Shown here: positions 56,280-64,000 of the stretch, piece after piece | Layout of the letters: every line of letters begins with the position of its first letter | How positions within the stretch are numbered: the stretch's first letter is position 1 | Assembly: GCA_004431415.1 (NCBI GenBank) | Contig: QPMI01000499.1 | Span: 186,001 to 250,000 of the forward strand | Direction: 5' to 3' | Length of the DNA: 64,000 nt | DNA from: Cyanophora paradoxa CCMP329 | Taxonomy: Eukaryota > Plantae > Glaucophyta | Made by a program: the position numbers and the translations under genes | The notes under the pieces: generated by a model | Told to the model about the DNA's origin: nothing | Databases searched by the model: none | The model's input: only the letters and a program-made list of their open reading frames with translations

Positions 56280-58560
56280 CGGCGCCGGCCGCGGGGCGGG
56301 CCCCGCCGTCACGGCGGGAGCTCCGAGCTCGCGGGGCCGCAGGGGGCCGCGCCCGGTGGCGGCGGCGGGGGCGGCGGGGGCGGGCCACCTTCTCCGCGGC
56401 GCGCTCCTCCAGGAGGCCCGCAGCGCCTCCAGCTTCACCGGCTGCGCCCCCGCCGCCCCGTCGGCCTCGGCGGGGCGGGCCCAGCGCGAGCACCTCGAGG
56501 CGGCGGCGGGAGAGCGAAGCCCGCGAGTCGATGCGCGGGCGCGGCCTGCGCGGGCGCGCGTAAGGCGGCGCGGGCGGCGGGCGGCGGGCGGGAAGGGGCG
56601 CGGGGGGCGCACGGGGTACGCGGCCGGGCGCGTCCTCAGACTCAGAGGCGGTACGCGGCCGGTGCGGGCGGCCTCGACGGCGAGGCGCCCGTCCCAACGA
56701 TCACGTGCGGCACGCCGAGCTTCGTCAGGAAGCGCGAGAGCAGCCGCGCGTTCACCGCGTTGTCCTGCGCCGAGAACGGAGGGAAGCGTCAGCTGCGCGG
56801 CTCCGGAGGGGGGGGGGGGGGGGGAGCAGGGTGGGAGGGTACGGCACGCCTCGGCGGCGAGGACGCGGAGGGCGGTGAGGGCGGGCGGCGGGGGCCCGCT
56901 CGCCAGGTCCGACACCGACGCCGGCCGCAGGCTGCCGGCCCGGGTGAGCGGGGAGGGGGCGAGGGGGGGGGGGGGGGGGGAGCGACCGGTGGGGCCCGGG
57001 GGCGAGGCCGGCGCCCCCGGCGCCGCCTGCCCGGCCCAAATCTGGCGGGCGCGCCCGGTGAGGCGCGGCGGGCTGCAAGGGCCGGGGCGGTGCGGGGTAC
57101 CTGGATGCTGCTGAAGCCGCGGGCGGGGAGGCGGGGACGGGGGCGGGGAGCCGGCGCCGGCGGGCCAGCGCGAGCACCTCGAGGCGGCGGCGGGAGAGCG
57201 AAGCCCGCGAGTCGATGCGCGGGCGCGGCCTGCGCGGGCACGCGTAAGGCGGCGCGGGCGGCGGGCGGCGGGCGGGGAAGGGGCGCGGGGGGCGCACGGG
57301 GGTACGCGGCCGGGCGCGTCCTCAGACTCAGAGGCGGTACGCGGCCGGTGCGGGCGGCCTCGACGGCGAGGCGCCCGTCCCCAACGATCACGTGCGGCAC
57401 GCCGAGCTTCGTCAGGAAGCGCGAGAGCAGCCGCGCGTTCACCGCGTTGTCCTGCGCCGAGAACGGAGGGAAGCGTCAGCTGCGCGGCTCCGGAGGGGGG
57501 GGGGGGGGGGAGCAGGGTGGGAGGGGTACGGGCACGCCTCGGCGGCGAGGACGCGGAGGGCGGTGAGGGCGGGCGGCGGGGGCCCGCTCGCCAGGTCCGA
57601 CACCGACGCCGGCCGCAGGCTGCCGGCCCGGGTGAGCGGGGAGGGGGGCGAGGGGGGGGGGGGGGGGGAGCGACCGGTGGGCCCGGGGGCGAGGCCGGCG
57701 CCCCCGGCGCCGCCTGCCCGGCCCAAATCTGGCGGGCGCGCCCGGTGAGGCGCGGCGGGCTGCAAGGGCCGGGGCGGTGCGGGGTACCTGGATGCTGCTG
57801 AAGCCGCGGGCGGGGGAGGCGGGACGGGGGCGGGGAGCCGGCGCCGGCGGGCCCAGCGCGAGCACCTCGAGGCGGCGGCGGGAGAGCGAAGCCCGCGAGT
57901 CGATGCGCGGGCGCGGCCTGCGCGGCACGCGTAAGGCGGCGCGGGCGGCGGGCGGCGGGCGGCGAAGGGGCGCGGGGGCGCACGGGGGTACGCGGCCGGG
58001 CGCGTCCTCAGACTCAGAGGCGGTACGCGGCCGGTGCGGGCGGCCTCGACGGCGAGGCGCCCGTCCCCGACGATCACGTGCGGCACGCCGAGCTTCGTCA
58101 GGAAGCGCGAGAGCAGCCGCGCGTTCACCGCGTTGTCCTGCGCCGAGAACGGAGGGAAGCGTCAGCTGCGCGGCTCCGGAGGGGGGGGGGGGGGGGGGGA
58201 GCAGGGTGGGAGGGGTACGGGCACGCCTCGGCGGCGAGGACGCGGAGGGCGGTGAGGCGGGCGGCGGGGGCCCGCTCGCCAGGTCCGACACCGACGCCGG
58301 CCGCAGGCTGCCGGCCCGGGTGAGCGGGGAGGGGGCGAGGGGGGGGGGGGGGGGGGAGCGACCGGTGGGGCCCGGGGGCGAGGCCGGCGCCCCGGCGCCG
58401 CCTGCCCGGCCCAAATCTGGCGGGCGCGCCCGGTGAGGCGCGGCGGGCTGCAAGGGCCGGGGCGGTGCGGGGTACCTGGATGCTGCTGAAGCCGCGGGCG
58501 GGGAGGCGGGGACGGGGGGCGGGGAGCCGGCGCCGGCGGGGCCCGGCGCGAGCACCTCGC
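56280..58560 (-). pseudogene. Response-regulator receiver domain exons in a ~690-bp triplicated block
   Basis: Spliced LRVLAAE|DNAVNARLLSRFLTKLGVPHVIVGDGRLAVEAA and terminal PVKLEAL; repeat starts at ~56480, ~57165 and ~57852. Confidence 0.65.
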
Positions 58561-60339
58561 CCTCGCCCTCGCGGTCGCGGTCGCCCTCGCGGTCGCGGTC
58601 GCGGGCTGGCCCCTCGCGAGGGCGAGGGCGAGGGCGAAGAGCTCGCTGCGCTCGGATCGAAAGAGAAGAAATATGCGCGACAGCAAACGACCGCACCTGC
58701 GCCCGAGCGGCCGCAAGCATGAACTCCGAGGCCGATCCCAGCAGCCACGGGCCACACGTCCGGAAAGCGGCACGCACTGCGCTGCGCACGCCGCCGGCGT
58801 TACAACAAGATCAAAGGGCGAGCAGTGGAGACAAGAGCGAGCACCTGGCCTGCGGAAGAAGGCGCCGGGCGAACTGGGCGGTGGTGTTCTGCTCGCGGGG
58901 ACCAGTCACGCCCGCTCCCTGGCCCGCCAGCGAAATGAGGGATTGAATCAAAGGAGAGGAAACGAAAAGCACCTTGCTTCGCCTCCGCAGCCGCCGCCTA
59001 CGTTCCGCGCGTGCCTGTCAGCGGCAGAACGCCCACTGGCGACAGCCGCGGGAGGAATGGACAAAAAAGGCAACAAGGAGGTCGACAGCGATGCGTTCGC
59101 GAGCGTTCGCGGCCGCAACCGGGCGCCAGCCACCCTGAAGCAGCGCTCTGCGTTTGAAATCAGGCGGGCGACAGGCGGCGAGAGGCGCCAGAGGATGCAA
59201 GAGAGGACCTTCGAGCATCGTTCGCGCTGGAAGCCGACGAAGTTCGCTGCGGCGGCAGCAAGTCCGTTCGACCTGGTTTGAAAAGCGGAATCAGAGACGC
59301 GGGCAGCGCTGCGAGACCCCGGAGGAGCCAACGAACCGAGCCGCTGTGAGAGTGAAGCGCGTCCGCGCGGCAGCCTTCAGTCGAGGCTGCAGCTGCTGGC
59401 AGCAAGGCACATGAAGGCGCTTCAAGGCAGCAAGTTTGGGGTACATGTACATGTACACGACTGTTGGGAAAAGCCTTATGAGGCCCACAGCGGCAGGGCC
59501 GCCGCGGCGGCCCGTGCCGCAGTACAGCTTTTCAAGGCCGCCTGAAGCGATTGCCAACGGCTCGACCTGGCCCTCGGTCCGGAGCGCCTCCCGCTGCGGC
59601 ACCTTCGCGCGTGCTCGCAGCACGCAGCGCGAGGCAGCTACAAGCACGTGAGCTTGTAACCATGGGTCCAGCTCCCCCCGTAGCGTCGTCCCTGCGCCGC
59701 GCCGATCCACAGCTAGATCGACCGGGCCCGCAACCCCGCGCTGGGTGACTTCGCCGTGCTGGCCGGGTTCTTTGCGTGGCTTTCAGCTCACTTACATCCG
59801 CAGTATCTCTACCAGACAGCCCCGCGGTCGATTTGGAGGGTTGAGGTGCACGCCGGCCGGCGGAGCTCTCTCACATGTTTCGGTTCATAGCGCGTCCCTC
59901 TAAGATGCTCACGCAGTGCCTCTGACTCTGGACTGGCCGGGCGCTGCGTGAGCGCGCGGACCGACGCAACCTCCCGATCGGCGGTCGCCTCGGGTGCGCC
60001 TGCCAAGCACAGCATTTGGCCAGCGACGCGCGAGCGCGTAGCTGACGAGGCCCAGATCGCCAGGATGGGTGAGCCGCCTCGGATCGTCGCAGTTTGGGAG
60101 ACATTCTTCTACACTGCCTGGGTGAGCCGGCTGGGCCCGTGCGCGTCGCTGACGGGACGCGTACGCGTCGCTGACGGGGCGCGCCGGTAACACAGGATAC
60201 CGGAAAACGCCGCGTGAAGCCCATGGGCTGGGGTGCGGTGGTTGGCGACGCCGCTCGCGGGCGGGGCGGATCCGGAGGCGCGGCAGGCGGCCGCGTGAAT
60301 TCCAGGATAGGGCGGAGGCGCTTCCTGCGGCGCTGCAGC

Positions 60340-63300
60340 TCGCGGAGGCGGGCGAGCGGCCGGAGGCGCGGCGCGTGGCGGCGCGGCTCGCCGGGCGGGG
60401 CAGAGGCGCGGCGGGCGGCCGCACGGCTCGCCAGGCGGGCCGGGGGCGCGGCGGGTGGCGTCGGCGGCTCGCCGGGCGGGGCGGAGGCGCGGCGGGCGGC
60501 GGAGGCAGCTTGCCGGGCCGGGCGGAGGCGCGGCGGGCGGCCGCGAGGCTCCGCTGGGCGGGGCGGAGGCGCGGCGGGCGGCGGCGAGGCTCCGCTGGGC
60601 GGGGCGGAGGCGCGGCGGGCGGCGGCGCGGCTCGCGGAGCGGGATGGATCCTCGCGGGCGGCGGCGAGTGGCGGGGCAGACGCTCGGCGGGCGGCCGCGC
60701 GCCTCGCGGGCCGGGGCGGAGGCGCGGCGGGCGGCGGCGCGCCTCGCTGGGCGGGGCGGAGGCGCGGCGGGCGGCGGCGGCGGCTCGCGGGGCGGGATGG
60801 AGGCGCAGCAAGCGGCGTCGGCGGCTCGCCGGGCGGGGCGGAGGCGCGGCAGGCGACGGGGGCAGCTCGCCGGGCCGGGCGGAGGCGCGGCGGGCGGCGG
60901 AGGCGGCTCGCGGGCAGGACGGAGGCGCGGCGGGCGGCGGCGGCGGCTCGCGGACCGGGGCAGACGCTCGGCGGGCGGCCGCGCGGCTCGCCAGGCGGGC
61001 CGGGGGCGCGGCGGGCGGCGGCGCGGCTCGCCGGGCGGGCCGGGGGCGCGGCGGGCGGCGGCGCGGCTCGCCGGGCGAGACTGTGGCGCGGCGGGCGGCG
61101 GCGAGGCTCGCCAGGTGGGCCGGGGGCGAGGCGGGCGGCGGCGCGGCTCGCGAGGCGTGACGGAGGCGCGGCAGGAGGCGGAGGCAGCTCGCCGGGCCAG
61201 GCGGAGGCGCGGCGGGCGGCGGCGCGCCTCGCTGGGCGGGGCGGAGGCGTGGCGGGCGGCGGCGGCGGCTCGCGGGCCGGGGCGGAGGCGCGGCGGGCGG
61301 CGGCGCGCCTCGCTGGGCGGGCGGAGGCGCGGCGGGCGGCGGCGGCGGCTCGCGGGGCGGGATGGAGGCGCAGCAAGCGGCGTCGGCGGCTCGCCGGGCG
61401 GGCGGAGGCGCGGCAGGCGACGGGGGCAGCTCGCCGGGCCCGGCGGAGGCGCGGCGGGCGGCCGCGAGGCTCCGCTGGGGGGGCGGAGGCGCGGCGGGCG
61501 GCGGAGGCGGCTCGCGGGGCGGGCGGAGGCGCGGCGGGCGGCGGCGGCGGCTCGCGGACCGGGGCAGACGCTCGGCGGGCGGCCGCGCGGCTCGCCAGGC
61601 GGGCCGGGGGCGCGGCGGGCGGCGGCGCGGCTCGCCGGGCGGGCCGGGGGCGCGGCGGGCGGCGGCGCGGCTCGCCGGGCGAGACTGTGGCGCGGCGGGC
61701 GGCGGCGAGGCTCGCCAGGTGGCCGGGGGCGCGGCGGGCGGCGGCGCGGCTCGCGAGGCGTGACGGAGGCGCGGCAGGAGGCGGAGGCAGCTCGCCGGGC
61801 CAGGCGGAGGCGCGGCGGGCGGCCGCGAGGCTCCGCTGGGCGGGCGGAGGCGCGGCGGGCGGCTGCAAGGCTCGGCTGGGCGGGGCGGAGGCGCGGCGGG
61901 CGGCGGCGGCGGCTCGCGGGCGGGACGGAGGCGCGGCGGGCGGCCGTGCGGCTCGCCAGGCGGGCCGGGGCGCGGCGGGCGGCGGCGCGGCTCGCCGGGC
62001 GAGAATGTGGCGCGGCGGGCGGCGGCGGGGCTCCGCCGTGCGGGCGGAGGCGCGGCGGGCGACGGAGGCAGCTCGCCGGGCCGGGCGGAGGCGCGGCGGG
62101 CGGCCGCGAGGCTCCGCTGGGCGGGGCGGAGGCGCGGCGGGCGGCGGCGAGGCTCGCCAGGTGGGCCGGGGCGCGGCGGGCGGCGGCGCGGCTCGCGGAG
62201 CGGGATGGATCCTCGCGGGCGGCGGCGAGGCTCGCCGGGCGGGGCAGACGCTCGGCGGGCGGCCGCGCGCCTCGCGGGCCGGGGCGGAGGCGCGGCGGGC
62301 GGCGGCGCGCCTCGCTGGGCGGGGCGGAGGCGTGGCGGGCGGCGGCGGCGGCTCGCGGGCGGGATGGAGGCGCAGCAAGCGGCGTCGGCGGCTCGCCGGG
62401 CGGGGCGGAGGCGCGGCAGGCGACGGGGCAGCTCGCCGGGCCGGGCGGAGGCGCGGCGGGCGGCCGCGAGGCTCCGCTGGGCGGGGCGGAGGCGCGGCGG
62501 GCGGCGAAGGCGGCTCGCGGGGCGGGACGGAGGCGCGGCGGGCGGCGGCGGCGGCTCGCGGACCGGGGCAGACGCTCGGCGGGCGGCCGCGCGGCTCGCC
62601 AGGCGGGCCGGGGCGCGGCGGGCGGCGGCGCGGCTCGCCGGGCGGGCCGGGGGCGCGGCGGGCGGCGGCGCGGCTCGCCGGGCGAGACTGTGGCGCGGCG
62701 GGCGGCGGCGAGGCTCGCCAGGTGGGCCGGGGGCGCGGCGGGCGGCGGCGCGGCTCGCGAGGCGTGACGGAGGCGCGGCAGGAGGCGGAGGCAGCTCGCC
62801 GGGCCAGGCGGAGGCGCGGCGGGCGGCCGCGAGGCTCCGCTGGGCGGGGCGGAGGCGCGGCGGGCGGCTGCAAGGCTCGGCTGGGCGGGGCGGAGGCGCG
62901 GCGGGCGGCGGCGGCGGCTCGCGGGCGGGACGGAGGCGCGGCGGGCGGCCGTGCGGCTCGCCAGGCGGCCGGGGCGCGGCGGGCGGCGGCGCGGCTCGCC
63001 GGGCGAGAATGTGGCGCGGCGGGCGGCGGCGGGGCTCCGCCGTGCGGGCGGAGGCGCGGCGGGCGGCGGAGGCAGCTCGCCGGGCGGGGCGAAGGCGCGG
63101 CGGGCTGTGGCGCGGCTCGTGGGTGGGACGGAGGCGCGGCCGGGCGGCGGCGGCGGCTCGCGGACCGGGGCAGACGCTCGGCGGGCGGCCGCGCGGCTCG
63201 CCGGGCGGGCCGGGGCGCGGCGGGCGGCGGCGCGGTTCGCCGGGCGGGGCAGACGCGCGGCGGGCGGCCGCACGGCTCGCAAGGCGGGCCGGGGGCGCAG

Positions 63301-63375
63301 CAAGCGGCGTCGGCGGCTCGCCGGTCGGGGCGGAGGCGCGGCTCTCCGGGCGGGGCAGAGGTGCGGCGGGCGGGC
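60340..63375. repeat. GC-rich minisatellite (~35-40-bp variant units)
   Basis: GGAGGCGCGGCGGGCGGC..GGCTCGC repeated with variants over ~3 kb. Confidence 0.9.
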
Positions 63376-64000
63376 ACTAGGCTCTCAGTGCTGGATTTGA
63401 TTTTGAGGTCGGCGCAGGCCGCAAGCTAGCTCGTAGCGTGCCGTGCATTATTTTGCAGGGCAAGTCGCCATTATTTTTGGCGGGCATTTTGAGGCCTTCC
63501 CGCGCGCCAGGAAATGCGAATAGAAGCCCGGCAGCCGGTAATCACGTTGAGGCCCTATCTAACACGCTATCAAATGACTCGTATCCGTTGGCATCTGAGC
63601 TGGAAAGGCACGGGCGGACTGGGAATCGGCTCTCAAAATTGATCTCGGGAGAAACCCTATAAGGGAGTCGTTCTTCCCGCCGCAATGCCCGGGAGCCCTG
63701 AGCTTCTTGTCAAATACTCTACAGATACACAGTGGGGCGCTGATATCATCTCCGGGTGCTTACATGTGCCAGGAACCCAGTATTCTTTTAATGGCAGCTA
63801 GAGACTCATGATCATGATCATGTGCAAAGAAGTGCGAAGTCGCCGCGCTGAGCATATGAGAACGGACGAGCTGACGAGAACTTCAGATTCGGATTCCCCA
63901 CCCTCGAAATGGGCGGGGTGCAAATGTGGAGTCAGTCGCGGACCAAGATGACGGAGCGGCGTCAGGTCAAGCGAGCTCTCCGAGACTGTCAACTTGCCTC

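Noticed and set aside
59871-63429. >1000-aa ORFs on both strands
   Set aside because: They arise from a stop-poor GC minisatellite open in several frames at once; no domain signal.
24070-64000. Host species assignment (style reminiscent of a glaucophyte such as Cyanophora)
   Set aside because: Based only on composition and splice style; no marker gene in the window.

Overview
This is a eukaryotic (protist/algal-type) genomic window in two compartments. (1) About 1-23,570 is an AT-rich, intron-less endogenous Polinton-like virus (PLV). Its left end, and any integrase, lie outside the window. It encodes a Polinton/adintovirus-type protein-primed PolB with an embedded Endo VII domain and a degenerate proofreading domain, plus a TVpol (PolA-like primase)-SF3 helicase and two AT-hook proteins. 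Its morphogenesis genes are an A32 packaging ATPase, a double-jelly-roll MCP and two head-to-head pentons. Accessory genes are a patatin-discoidin lipase, a phage-like HxH-repeat fibre, four paralogous fibre-tip proteins with a shared N-terminal module and different tips (two C1q-like), a phage-type small accessory protein and a pyruvoyl AdoMetDC-family decarboxylase. Three copies of an iteron-like TGTCAGGCA element bracket the replication and structural modules. Nearly all apparent frameshifts are single-base losses in short homopolymers, so the virus is probably intact. (2) About 24,070-64,000 is very GC-rich, intron-rich host DNA with GTGCGC and GC donors. It holds a CHRD-domain gene, a RADX-like OB-fold gene, a GH63-like glycosidase, TPR, F-box and receiver-domain fragments, MITEs, a non-autonomous LTR element with identical LTRs, a 5'-truncated L1/Tx1 LINE and satellites. 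All family assignments come from motif recognition by eye, with no database searches.
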